NCBI GenBank assembly: GCA_963845755.1
Contig: CAWJTV010000041.1
Span: forward strand, 192,001-256,000
Direction: 5' to 3'
DNA length: 64,000 nt
From: an uncultured Planctomycetota bacterium
Lineage (GTDB): Bacteria; Planctomycetota; Planctomycetia; Isosphaerales; Isosphaeraceae
Shown here: positions 50,235 through 60,260 of the stretch, in pieces
Position numbering within the stretch: the stretch's first letter is position 1
How the letters are laid out: the number at the start of each line of letters is the position of its first letter
Notes under the pieces: generated by a model
Database searches by the model: none
The model's input: only the letters and a program-made list of their open reading frames with translations
Told to the model about the DNA's origin: nothing
Position numbers and translations under genes: made by a program

Positions 50235-51293
50235 ATGGGCGAATACCCTAACGCGGCCTTCGGCCGCAACCCAATGAGGAATTCCCGATTCGAGATTCCG
50301 GATTCCCGATCCAGGAAGGGTTCCCCTGGGAATCTCGAATCGGGAATCTCGAATCGGGAATCCAGGATTCCCCAGAGGCGCGCATGCGGCGGGGATCCTA
50401 CGGAGGAAGACCTTAACACGTCGCGGAGACTCAAGATCGCCGTGGCGGCCTTGATCGTCCTCTCGGTCACGTTGTCTGTCGCATCGTGGATCATCTACGA
50501 CAAGCAGGCGGCCGAGATCGCCGGCCTGAAGGCGGATATCAAGCGGTTGGAGGCCGGTTACTCCCGGAAGAAGGACGAATTGAAAACGATTGTGTGCGAT
50601 CTTCGCGATCAGGCCGAAACGGTCGGCACCATCCTCGATCACCCCGACGGCGATGTGACGTTCGTCGATTACGAGCGAGGCGCGGTCCATGTGAACATCA
50701 ACCGGGGCATGGGCGCCCGTCCACAGATGAAGTTGTCGGTCTTCGACGGCAATGCGTCCCGGGTCCCTTCCGAGAGGCCCAAGGGGACCATCGAGCTGAC
50801 CAGGGTCGGCGACCGGTTCAGCATCGCCCGGATCATCATCACCAGGACCGCGAGCCCGACCGATCCAATCAAGGCCGGCGACGTCGTCTACGCGCTCACC
50901 GTGCCGCCCAACCAGGCGACGCGGTTCGCCCTTGTCGGCAAGATCGACGTCAACCGCGACGGCAGGGACGACCGCGAGGAGCTCAAGCGGATGATCTGGG
51001 CGGCCGGCGGCGTGGTCGAGTTCGACCTGCCCCCGCCGGAGGTCGGCGAGGAGGCGGGCAAGATCACGCCCCGGATCGATTGGTATGTCACCGATGACCG
51101 GATTCCGATTCGGGAAGCCATCGGCAAGAAGCACCCCGATGCCGACCTGTTGCGACGGGCCAAGCTGGCGCAACGGGTTGGCGAGGTAGTAAAGGAGGCC
51201 CGGCGGGAGGGGATCCGCCCCATGCCGATCGGCCGGCTCCTGACCTTCCTCGGCTACAACACCAACACCCGTCCTGATCGACCGGGCGGATAG
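50235..51293 (+). CDS. Internally shortened paralog of the 51747 gene with in-frame repeat insertion
   Basis: RBS/start context ggag..tcatcacccatgg as in the 51747 gene; LKIAVAA TM; ILDHPDG.VTFVDYERG...FALVGKIDVNRDG shared. Confidence 0.75.
   Translation: MGEYPNAAFGRNPMRNSRFEIPDSRSRKGSPGNLESGISNRESRIPQRRACGGDPTEEDLNTSRRLKIAVAALIVLSVTLSVASWIIYDKQAAEIAGLKADIKRLEAGYSRKKDELKTIVCDLRDQAETVGTILDHPDGDVTFVDYERGAVHVNINRGMGARPQMKLSVFDGNASRVPSERPKGTIELTRVGDRFSIARIIITRTASPTDPIKAGDVVYALTVPPNQATRFALVGKIDVNRDGRDDREELKRMIWAAGGVVEFDLPPPEVGEEAGKITPRIDWYVTDDRIPIREAIGKKHPDADLLRRAKLAQRVGEVVKEARREGIRPMPIGRLLTFLGYNTNTRPDRPGG
50247..50411 (-). repeat. Palindromic MITE/REP-like element, copy 3 (inverted, inside CDS)
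   Basis: Reverse complement of the 38108/38392 element with two 14-nt units. Confidence 0.85.
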
Positions 51294-51551
51294 GCCGATC
51301 ACAGCCGGCAACAGCCGGCCGACGCCACTCTTGTCGGCATCTCCGCCCGGGAAAGGTCGGGCGTCCGTCGCGCGAATCAGAGCCCTCCCGACACTCGGAC
51401 TCCGACGATCTCTCGGAGAGAGGGAACGAAATCAGGCCGTGCGCATCCAAGGGTGAGGAAGAATCTCACTGCCGGAATCGACCGGTACGACCTCGAAGCC
51501 GGGCCTTGCGGGGTAGGGCGCCGGCGGAGACCATGACGACCGTGTCCCGGT

Positions 51552-51580
51552 TTGACCGGCGTCGGGGGGGTTCTTACAAT
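51552..51580 (+). promoter_or_regulatory. Sigma70-type promoter
   Basis: TTGACC-N17-TACAAT. Confidence 0.7.
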
Positions 51581-51746
51581 CGAATGAATCCGGTGAATTC
51601 TTCCGGTGAAGCGGACCCGATCGGATCGGAGCCGGAGAATTTCTTCCGGAGATCCTGCGTCTCCCCTCACGTGTGACATATTTTCAGCAAACCGGCGGAT
51701 TGCACGAGCAGGTCGCGACCGCTCCGCTCGGAGGGAGTCATCACCC

Positions 51747-53366
51747 ATGGCCGCAGCCAGTAACGAGTCGCAAGGACTGAAGATCGCCGTCGCGGCGTTC
51801 ATCGCCCTCTCGGTCATCTTGTCCGTCGCATCTTACTTCCTCTACTCAAACTATGCGTCGGCCGAAGCCCGGCTCGCATCGAATACGGAGGAACTGAACA
51901 AGGCCAAGAAGGCCCAGAGCGATGCCCTCAACCAGTACGATGACTTGAGGGGACGGATCGGCACCAAGGCGCAGGAGTACGACCCCGCCAAGGAGGAGAT
52001 CGCCAACCACTTCAAGGCCATCAACCAGCGGTTCGACAACATCGTCGCCGCGACCAACGCCGCGGTCCAGAAGGCCCAGGCCGCCGGTGCCGGCCAGGAA
52101 CTGCAAGAGGCCCGGGACAAGATCCAGCAGATCGTCCAATCCTACCGCGCCGAGCCCTCGAAGACGTATATCTCCTCGCTCGACCGGATCTCGGAGCTCA
52201 TGGAGTCGCTCTCGCTCTTGAGCACGGAGCTCTCGCTCAACTACAAGGACCTGAGGGACCGGCTCGAATCCGCGACCAATGTCGCCAAACAGCAGGTGAA
52301 CGTCCAGATCAAGTCGGCAGAGGCCAGCCGTAACGACCTCGATGGCGAGCACAAGAAGCACGAGGAAGAACGGCTGATGCTGGTCAACAAGGTCACCGAG
52401 CAGCAGACCGACATCGACAAGAAGGTCACCCAGATCGCCAACCTGCAGGCGGACATCAAGCGGTTGCAGGACGACTACGGCCGCGAGAAGGACCAGCTCA
52501 CGACGATCATCCGCGAGCTTCGCGATCGGGCCGAGAAGGTCGATACGATCCTCGATCACCCCGATGGCTACGTGACGTTCGTCGATTACGAGCGGGGCGA
52601 GCTCCAGTTGAACATCAACCGGGCCATGGGCGCACGTCCGCAAATGGCGATGTCGGTCTTCGACGCCAATGCGCCGGGGATCCCCACCGAGAAGCCCAAG
52701 GGGACCATCGAGCTGACCAAGGTCGGCGAGCAGTTCAGCATCGCCCGGATCACCAAGACCATGAGCCCGATCGATCCGATCCGCACCGGCGACATCATCT
52801 ACACGCCCGCCTGGTCGCCGAACAACCCGACGCGGTTCGCCCTCGTCGGCAAGATCGACGTCAATCGCGACGGCAAGGACGACCGCGAGGAGCTCAAGCG
52901 GATGATCCAGGATGCCGGTGGCGTGGTCGACTTCGACCTGCCCCCGCTGGAGATCGGCAAGGAGACGGGCAAGATCACGCCCCGGATCGATTGGTATGTC
53001 ATCGATGAGCGCGTTCCCTTCCGTCAGGTCTATGGCGAGAAAGAAACCGATGTCTCGGTGGCGAATCAGTCCAAGCTGGCGCAACGGGTCGGCGACGTGC
53101 AGCGAGAGTGCCGCCTCGAGGGGATCCGTCCCATGCCGATCGGCCGGCTCCTGAGCTTCCTCGGATACGACATCAACACCCCCGTGATCGGCCGCGCCGA
53201 GCACGTGAACACGGAGGCCATCCGCCGGCTGACGGCCCCCCGCGTGAGACCGAACGCCGTGTCGCAGCCGGCCGCGACTGCAACACCCAAGGCGGAGGAT
53301 GCCGACGAGATGAAGGAAGAAAAGCCCAAGAATCAGCCGGCCAAGAAGGCGGACGACGATCAATGA
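51747..53366 (+). CDS. Membrane-anchored long coiled-coil protein with C-terminal beta and BRCT-like domains (hypothetical)
   Basis: RBS ggaggg; N-terminal TM helix, heptad-rich helix of over 200 aa, FALVGKID...EELKRMIQDAGGVV...IDWYVI. Confidence 0.8.
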   Translation: MAAASNESQGLKIAVAAFIALSVILSVASYFLYSNYASAEARLASNTEELNKAKKAQSDALNQYDDLRGRIGTKAQEYDPAKEEIANHFKAINQRFDNIVAATNAAVQKAQAAGAGQELQEARDKIQQIVQSYRAEPSKTYISSLDRISELMESLSLLSTELSLNYKDLRDRLESATNVAKQQVNVQIKSAEASRNDLDGEHKKHEEERLMLVNKVTEQQTDIDKKVTQIANLQADIKRLQDDYGREKDQLTTIIRELRDRAEKVDTILDHPDGYVTFVDYERGELQLNINRAMGARPQMAMSVFDANAPGIPTEKPKGTIELTKVGEQFSIARITKTMSPIDPIRTGDIIYTPAWSPNNPTRFALVGKIDVNRDGKDDREELKRMIQDAGGVVDFDLPPLEIGKETGKITPRIDWYVIDERVPFRQVYGEKETDVSVANQSKLAQRVGDVQRECRLEGIRPMPIGRLLSFLGYDINTPVIGRAEHVNTEAIRRLTAPRVRPNAVSQPAATATPKAEDADEMKEEKPKNQPAKKADDDQ

Positions 53367-53499
53367 GTAGCCCGGCAGACCCAAGGTGACGCCGGCCGGC
53401 GGGGGTCTCCCTCGATTCCGTGCCCCCGCCCTCCCCATCCTGGGGCGTCGCGCGGGGGCTTTCGTGCTTGGGGTCCGGTCGCGGTCTGGAGCTGTTGGA

Positions 53500-53742
53500 A
53501 TGAGCCACGGCGTCGAGAAAAAGGCGCGCCCCTTCTGGGTCAGGGTCGGCCTCTGGGGACTTTCCACCCGCAAGTCGGCCTGGGTGTTCGTCTGGCTCTC
53601 CCTGGGGATCGCGATCGTGTCGGTCGCCTACGCCGCCGTGTCGGCCGATCGCCGCTTCCTCGTCGGTGCGAGCCTGGTGGTCGCCGCGCTCTGGTATTAT
53701 GCGTCGATCCGCTGGGTAGACCGGCACGGCTCGTGGTCGTGA
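53500..53742 (+). CDS. Small membrane protein
   Basis: RPFWVRVGLWGL.TR..AW, two TM segments, WY..SIRWVDRHG.W. Confidence 0.7.
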   Translation: MSHGVEKKARPFWVRVGLWGLSTRKSAWVFVWLSLGIAIVSVAYAAVSADRRFLVGASLVVAALWYYASIRWVDRHGSWS

Positions 53743-53764
53743 ACGAGCACGCCGGTCGCGACCC

Positions 53765-54911
53765 TCAACGCAGATCGATGGGCTTGACCGGCCGGTGGGG
53801 CGGGCCGGTGTAGAGGGCGCGGGGCCTCATCAGGCGGTTGTGGTCGAGCTGCTCGATCACATGGGCGGCCCAGCCGGCGACCCGGGCCATGGCGAAGATC
53901 GGGGTGTAGAGGTCGATCTCCAATCCCATGTAGTGATACAGACGGGCGCTAGGCCAATCGACGTTGGGCGGCAGATTCTTCTGCGACGTGACCGCCCGCT
54001 CGATCGGTTCGGCGATCCGCTCCCATCGGTCGTCGCCCACCTCCCTGGCCAGCGCGATGCAGTGCTCCTTGAGGATCCGGCGCGGGGGTCGCCCGTCTTG
54101 TAGACCCGGTGGCCGAAGCCCATGATCCGCTCCTTGCGGCCAGGGCCCCCTCGATCCACGCGGCCGCGTTCTCGGGCGCCCCGACTTGCTCCAGGACCTT
54201 CCAGGCCTCCTCGTTGGCACCGCCGTGGAGCGGACCTTTGAGCGTGCCGACGGCCGCCACGATACCGGAGTAGATGTCCGACAGCGTTGACACGGTGACC
54301 CGCGCCGAGAACGTCGAGGCGTTGAGCTCGTGCTCGGTGTAGAGGACCAGCGAGATGTCGAAGGCTTCGCGCATGGTCGGGGACGGCACCCGATCGTGCA
54401 CCATGTTCAGGAAATTGGCGGAGTGGTCCAGGTCGTCGCGGGGCGGGATCAACGCCAGACCTTGACTGATCCGTCGGCGATAGGCCACCGCTGTGGCCAT
54501 CTGGGCAATCATGCGCTCGGCCTTGCGGACGTTGGCGGCATGGTCGGTGGGCGGCGCGTTGACCTCGGGATCGAAATGCGACAGCACGCTCACCGAGCTC
54601 CGCAACGCGTCCATGGGATGGATGTGCGCCGGGATCTGCCGGAGCAGCGCAACCAGCGGCTCGGGGATGGAACGCGACCGTCGCAGCCGGCCGTCGAACT
54701 CGCGTAACTGATCGCGGCCGGGCAGATCACCATGGAGCAGCAGGAACGCCGTCTGCTCGTACGACACATGGCCCGCCAGGTCCTCAATCCGGTATCCGCG
54801 GTACTCGAGACCTCCAGCGCCATCTTTCCCCTCGATGTTGGCAATCGCCGTCTCGCTGGCAATCACGCCTTCCAGCCCGGGATGATAATCGTTCGACGAC
54901 ACACCGCTCAT
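53765..54911 (-). CDS. Citrate synthase / 2-methylcitrate synthase (type II; frameshifts near 54140 and 54085)
   Basis: GLEGVIA, LEYRGY, EHELNASTF, GPLHGGAN, MGFGHRVYK, PNVD, YTPIFAMARVAGW. Confidence 0.92.
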
Positions 54912-55098
54912 GGACGAGCTCCGCAGAATACGGGGTCACGTGGTCAGTCCGGTCCGCCCCTTCTGCCCGAGGAGAACCTCCCGCAGCAGGGTCGGGCTCA
55001 ACGCCTAGGATCCGCTCCCTCCCCGATCGGGGGACGAGATCGAGATCGGTCTGGTCAGCCGTTGCGTCAAGGTGAGTCTTGGGTGGGAAGCTGCGAAA

Positions 55099-55337
55099 GA
55101 ATCGATTCAAAATAACAAATGCAAAATTCAAGATGGATGCAAGTCCTCGCGAAACAGGGCTTTGCGTTCATTGAATCTTGAATCTCGAATGATTTTCCCG
55201 ATCCTTCCACAATCCCGGAGAGGATGTGGAAGAATCGGATCGAAGATTCCAAACTCAAGACTCAACAGATGGAATGCCCTGTGTAGATAGCGTTTACATC
55301 CATTTTCCATATGGAATTCTTGAATTAGAATCGATTC
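55099..55337. repeat. AT-rich multi-hairpin palindromic element with heptamer (attcaag/tcttgaa) repeats
   Basis: gaatcgattc at both ends; central ccgatccttccacaatcc/ggatgtggaagaatcgg stem; arms self- and mutually complementary. Confidence 0.75.
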
Positions 55338-55641
55338 CTTCACGGCCTCCGAGTCCTGTCGAGAGGCGGGCGGCTATTCCCCGTAGACTCCGGCCTCGCT
55401 CGGCTTGACTCGCCCCGACTGCGGCCGCTGGCCGACAACATGGGACGATCCGGTGCCTTGCCTCCCGTTCATTCTTAGTCTAGACGAAGCGACGCGACTC
55501 TTCCATGACCCTGGCACCGATTCTGTGCGCAATGATGAAGACCGGGCGTGGGCATCGGACCTCGGGCGTCGGGGAGGATCCAACCTCGCCCCGATCGATC
55601 GCCGCAGGATGTTCCGGTCCGGACCTTCGCGGGTCACCGCA

Positions 55642-56310
55642 TCATTCTTTTTCGAAGCCCAACCGGTCCTCGCTCCGCTCCCCACCCGCCTCTCCGACGC
55701 CCGTCTCCCCGTCCTTGATCCCCGATCCGAGCAGGTGGCTGATTTCAACCATGTCACGCGAAGGCAACGAAAGCAATTGGACCGCCAATGCATCGATGGT
55801 CCTGAAAAAGTGGCGGAGGGATTCGATGCGATCCCTAAGATCATGGAGGTCAGGATGTTCCTCGGCCAGATTGAATGCGCGGTCGAGTACACGCAAGCTC
55901 GGGTCCAGCTCGCGGCGCTTGCGTTCGGTGAGGATCTTGCGAAAGAGCGTCCAAACATCGGTCTCGGCGCGAAAGAGTTCACGGCGTTCCCCGGCGCGGT
56001 GAACCTTGTGAACGACGCCCCAGGATAAGAGCTCGCGCAGGTTCATGCTGACGTTGCCCCGCGAGACCCCCAGCCGATGACGCAAGTCCTCGGCAGTCCA
56101 GTCAGTTCCGGAAATATACAACAGGGCAAACAGCTCACCCATCGACGAGTTGATGCCCCAGGCGCGCGCCATCAAGCCCCAGTGCTCGACGAATTGCCGG
56201 ATGAGCTGCTCGGCATCGGGCGACGAGCGGGGTTTGTCGCTTGACGAAGCAGACAACGATTTCTCCATAGAGTAGTCCGACGTCCTGAATTGTGCCGTTA
56301 CGGGGTCCAT
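55642..56310 (-). CDS. GbsR/MarR-family transcriptional regulator
   Basis: FVEHWGLMARAWGINSSMGELFALLYI...VSRGNVSMNLREL..WGVV...GERRELFRAE. Confidence 0.88.
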   Translation of the reverse strand: MDPVTAQFRTSDYSMEKSLSASSSDKPRSSPDAEQLIRQFVEHWGLMARAWGINSSMGELFALLYISGTDWTAEDLRHRLGVSRGNVSMNLRELLSWGVVHKVHRAGERRELFRAETDVWTLFRKILTERKRRELDPSLRVLDRAFNLAEEHPDLHDLRDRIESLRHFFRTIDALAVQLLSLPSRDMVEISHLLGSGIKDGETGVGEAGGERSEDRLGFEKE

Positions 56311-56668
56311 CGATCGCAGTTCCCGATCAACGACTCGGCCCCGGATCAGCCGTTCGGCTGTGCGGTCATCCTACAAACCAGGATTCATTCCTCGCAGGAG
56401 ACCATAAAACAAGACATCCACGATACCATGCGTGAATCATTCCTTTCAATCTGGCGCAACACACGGTAATGTGTAGGGAGGGGCACAACCGAGATCCGGT
56501 CAAATGCACGTAATTCCAAGAATTTGATGAAAGTAGGCGCCCAATTTCGGGTAGAATACCAATGCATGCCCCGATCCGCCTGTGTAGAATCCGGGCGCAT
56601 GGGGGATTGGTACCCGACATCTTGCTTCCTTGGGGCGGGTCCCTAGTTTGAATCGAGGAGATGTTCCC

Positions 56669-56830
56669 ATGCCTGAAACCGTGGTCCACTTCCAGATCCG
56701 CATGCCTCCCGTGCTCCACGAGCAATTGGCGAGCTGGGCCAAAGAGGACAAAGCGTCACTCAATGCATTGATTGTCGGCATCCTCGAGAAAGCCATCGAG
56801 CAGCACGAGAAATCGGGGCATAAGGATTAA
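56669..56830 (+). CDS. Arc-like ribbon-helix-helix DNA-binding protein
   Basis: RBS gaggag; FQIRMPPVLHEQL...A......SLNALIV.IL. Confidence 0.8.
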   Translation: MPETVVHFQIRMPPVLHEQLASWAKEDKASLNALIVGILEKAIEQHEKSGHKD

Positions 56831-57013
56831 ACGAGACGGAAGGAGACGGACCGGCGCAAGCCGTGCCCAGATGGCCAGCGGATTGGTGATCATTCCGCTG
56901 GCTTTCATCTCCATTCCTTGCAGTCCGGCATCGTCCAGCTCCCCTCGGCCTTTCCGGCGGCTCGAGTCCCCTTGAGTCGGGCCGGGCGCCAGGTTATGCT
57001 CGGAGGAGTGGAT

Positions 57014-57086
57014 TCCCCGATAGCTCAATCGGTAGAGCGAGCGGCTGTTAACCGCTAGGTTCAAGGTTCGAGTCCTTGTCGGGGAG
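57014..57086 (+). tRNA. tRNA-Asn (GTT)
   Basis: Acceptor tccccga/tcgggga, D arm agctcaatcggtagagc, anticodon loop ctGTTaa, T loop ggttcgagtcc; CCA not encoded. Confidence 0.97.
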
Positions 57087-57623
57087 CTCTCGAGACACAT
57101 CATCAACGCCATCTCCCAGCACCACGCATTCTTCCCCAAATCGCCGCTCCCTCGCTTCCTTCGCGGAGCCGGCACCTCGCCCGGTCTTCGACTGGGAAGC
57201 GGAGTCTCCCCAGGTGAGAGCGATGATCGCTTTCCGGACATCGCGTCCAGGAAAATGGGGGCAGCCTCCCGGGTCTGAGTGGGGCCCTCATTCTTCGGCC
57301 CGGCGCACGCGGGTCGAGCCGGTTCTCATTTTCCGCGCCCGCAAACCACACGTCCCAGTGTATCAACACGGAGATGCTGGTGGGATGCCCTCCTGAGGTG
57401 CCCGACGTCGCGATCGATTCGCCGCGGGATGTCCGCGAAGCGATTCTATGGGCGCGACGGCCGGGTGCGGGCTGGACGCGAGCGACCGGCGCCGGCGGGC
57501 ATCGAGGTCAGCCTTGCTCGAATGAATTCCGCCGGTTTCGGGGCGTCCCGGGGTTTTGCCCCTTCGGCGGGGGGAAAAACGGACACTCCTCGCTCATCAC
57601 CACCTCGGTTCGACAGAGTTCTC

Positions 57624-57833
57624 TACGCCAACGGCGTTGCACAGCAAAGCCCAGGGTCGCCGCAGGCGCACCCTGGGAACGTCGAGTCGCCACCGAGTTC
57701 CGGTTTCCCTCTCCTCCGGCGCACCCCAACGGGGTTTCCCCAGCCCGACGCTCCGGTTCGCCTGGGGAGGAAGTTCCCGACCCAGGGTGCGCCTGCGGCG
57801 ACCCTGGGCTTTGCTCTTAATGCCTTTGGCGTA
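57624..57833. repeat. Large REPIN-like palindrome
   Basis: tacgccaacggcgtt...agcaaagcccagggtcgccgcaggcgcaccctggg and its near-perfect reverse complement ending at 57833; internal accccaacggggt hairpin. Confidence 0.85.
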
Positions 57834-58121
57834 AGGGTTGCCGCGGAATCCCGCTCGTCGGTTCATGAACCGAGTGGTGTTCGGCGAGAAGTGTCGAAAA
57901 TCGCGCAAGATCCGAGAGCACCCTACTCGCAATGGACTCCACGGATCTCTCGTTGCTGCTTCGAGTTCGTATCAGCGCCCGCAGCGTCGGGCGAGCTCGA
58001 GCCCTGCGTAAACTGCGAACCGCCGCTCGGAAACCCGCATTTGAGGGCTGTGCAGGCACCTTTCCATGCACTCGTTCATCGGTGGTACGCACGGCTTCGG
58101 GCGAGCCGCCACTTAGAGGGC

Positions 58122-58149
58122 TTGACAGCGGTGGAATTATGCTTTTAAT
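58122..58149 (+). promoter_or_regulatory. Putative sigma70 promoter for pheA
   Basis: TTGACA-N16-TTTAAT in a local AT-rich patch. Confidence 0.45.
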
Positions 58150-58410
58150 TACTTATGGTAGAAATGTTTGCGCTCGATGGCGGCGGGCGGTCGGACGATG
58201 GGGACGGTGGACAAGCAGTTGACCGACCTGGTCTCGGGAGCGATTCGGCCTGTCCCGATGGGGCGGGTAGAGGAAGCAACCCGGGCGCCGGCCTCCCTGC
58301 TTCCGAACATACTGGTCTCGCCTGGGACGCCCGATGCCGCGCCTCGGATGGGGACGTCGAGGCGCGAGGGCCGATTCTTTCCGTATGGTCTCTCACCGAG
58401 TCGACTGATT

Positions 58411-59589
58411 ATGAACCGGAAGTCATCGCCACGCAAAGGACCGGCCGCCGGCTCGAAGGATCAGCGCGTCGCTTCGAAGTCGTCCCAGGCCCCGCGCCCG
58501 CCCAGCCTGGCGAGCCTGAGAGGGGAGATCGACCGGCTGGACCATGAGTTGATCCAGCTATTGAATCGCCGGGCGGAGATCGCGGCGCGGATCGGGCAGG
58601 TCAAGAATGATCATGGGCTGGAGGTCTGGTCGGCGGCCCGGGAGGACGAGGTGGTCGCTCAGGCCCTGGCGGCGAGTCAGGGCCCGTTGCCGGCGGAGAC
58701 GCTGCGGATTATCTTCCGCGAGCTGATGAGCGGCTCCCGGGCGCTCCAGCGGACGATCCGGGTGGCTTGCCTGGGGCCGAAGTATAGTTACAGCCACCTC
58801 GCGGCGGTCGCGCGATTCGGCGAGGCCGTCGAGCACGTGCCCGTCGGCTCGATCGCCGCGGTCTTCGAGGAGGTCAATCGCCGCCACGTCCAGTTCGGGC
58901 TGGTGCCCCTGGAGAACTCGACCGACGGCCGGATCGCCGACACGCTCGATATGTTCATCAAGCTGCCGAACTTGAAGATCCGGGCGGAGGTGCGGCTGCG
59001 GGTCCATCATTGTCTGCTGGGCCGTTGCGAGTGGGGACAGGTGCGCCGGGTCTATTCGAAATCGCAGGCGCTGTCCCAGTGCCGGTTCTGGCTGGGGAAG
59101 AACGTACCCCAGGCGGCGAAGATCGAAGTCGTCTCGACGGCGGCCGCCGCCGAGCTGGCCCAGCGCGAGGATTACGCCGCGGCCGTCGCCAGCCGGGCCG
59201 CGGCCGGCGCCTACCGGCTCAACGTGCTGGCCGAGAACATCGAGGACCAACCCCACAACGTCACGCGGTTCGCCGTCATCGCCGAACGCGGCGGCGAGCG
59301 GACCGGCCGCGACAAGACCACCCTGAAGATCCGACTGTCCAACCAGTCCGGCTCGCTCGCCAAGATGATCGCGCCGTTCGAAAAGCTCGGGGTCAACATG
59401 ACCTGGATCGAGTCGTTCCCCAATCCTAACGGCGGAGGCGAGGGCGACCCATCCTACCTCTTCTTCATCGACATCGAGGGACACGTCAACGATCCCCCCG
59501 TCCAGAGGGCCCTCGAACTCGCCCGCAGGAGATGCGAGAGCCTCGACATCCTCGGCTCCTATCCCCGGAGCGAGTGCATTGAAAGCTAA
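58411..59589 (+). CDS. pheA: Chorismate mutase / prephenate dehydratase (P-protein)
   Basis: LR.EIDRLD..L..LLNRRA (AroQ), LGPKYSYSH, VPLENST.G, NVTRFAVI, ACT domain NMTWIES.P. Confidence 0.95.
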   Translation: MNRKSSPRKGPAAGSKDQRVASKSSQAPRPPSLASLRGEIDRLDHELIQLLNRRAEIAARIGQVKNDHGLEVWSAAREDEVVAQALAASQGPLPAETLRIIFRELMSGSRALQRTIRVACLGPKYSYSHLAAVARFGEAVEHVPVGSIAAVFEEVNRRHVQFGLVPLENSTDGRIADTLDMFIKLPNLKIRAEVRLRVHHCLLGRCEWGQVRRVYSKSQALSQCRFWLGKNVPQAAKIEVVSTAAAAELAQREDYAAAVASRAAAGAYRLNVLAENIEDQPHNVTRFAVIAERGGERTGRDKTTLKIRLSNQSGSLAKMIAPFEKLGVNMTWIESFPNPNGGGEGDPSYLFFIDIEGHVNDPPVQRALELARRRCESLDILGSYPRSECIES

Positions 59590-59634
59590 AAATTGATGAT
59601 GCTTCTACATTTTAACAAGCTGTAGCGAGGGAAC

Positions 59635-60120
59635 ATGGAAATCGCGCCGCCGGGATCGGATGCGGTCCTCTCCCCACCGGCACGGCCGCGCCGATCTTGG
59701 TTCGGGCTGATCGGGTTCGTCGCGGCGGTGCTCGGCCTCCCGCTGGCGATCGCGTCTCCCTACATTGCCGAGTTCCTGAAGCCTCCGCCGGCACCGCATA
59801 AGCTGTCGGATACCCTGGCGGAGGCCGGTGACAAGCTGGTTGGCCGCCTGATCGACCGGGTTCGCGGCCGGAAGCCCGACGCACCGGTGATTCCCCCGGC
59901 CGAACGCCCCTGGCTGCTCTACCTGACCATTACGGCCACTTCCCTCGGCCTGATCGGTTCACTGGCCGGAACCGTCGGCTGGATCCGCCGTGAGGATCAT
60001 CGGCTGGCCGGGAGTGCGATCGCGGTCGGAGCCCTGGCCGTCGCATGGATGTACATCGTCGCCGCCCTGGTCATCGCATTGGTTCTCATCTTCTTTCTGT
60101 GGCTCTCGGGGAACATGTGA
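59635..60120 (+). CDS. Inner membrane protein (hypothetical)
   Basis: RBS gaggg; three hydrophobic segments. Confidence 0.65.
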   Translation: MEIAPPGSDAVLSPPARPRRSWFGLIGFVAAVLGLPLAIASPYIAEFLKPPPAPHKLSDTLAEAGDKLVGRLIDRVRGRKPDAPVIPPAERPWLLYLTITATSLGLIGSLAGTVGWIRREDHRLAGSAIAVGALAVAWMYIVAALVIALVLIFFLWLSGNM

Positions 60121-60260
60121 GGCTAATTTCGGTGAGGGAATCGCCCGCCCGCGGGCGGCTGGAACTCTCTCCTTGCGAAGGTCCTCCGAGTCCCCCTCAC
60201 GAGGGGAGAGAGTCCACAGCTCGGGGGCCATTGGTTTTTCGCGGCATCGAGGATCCAGTC

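Noticed and set aside
57014..58400. Integrative element at tRNA-Asn
   Set aside because: No integrase and no duplicated tRNA 3' end seen in the window
60165..60212. ctctctcc...ggagagag hairpin
   Set aside because: Single short imperfect stem; cannot tell a REP remnant from a terminator
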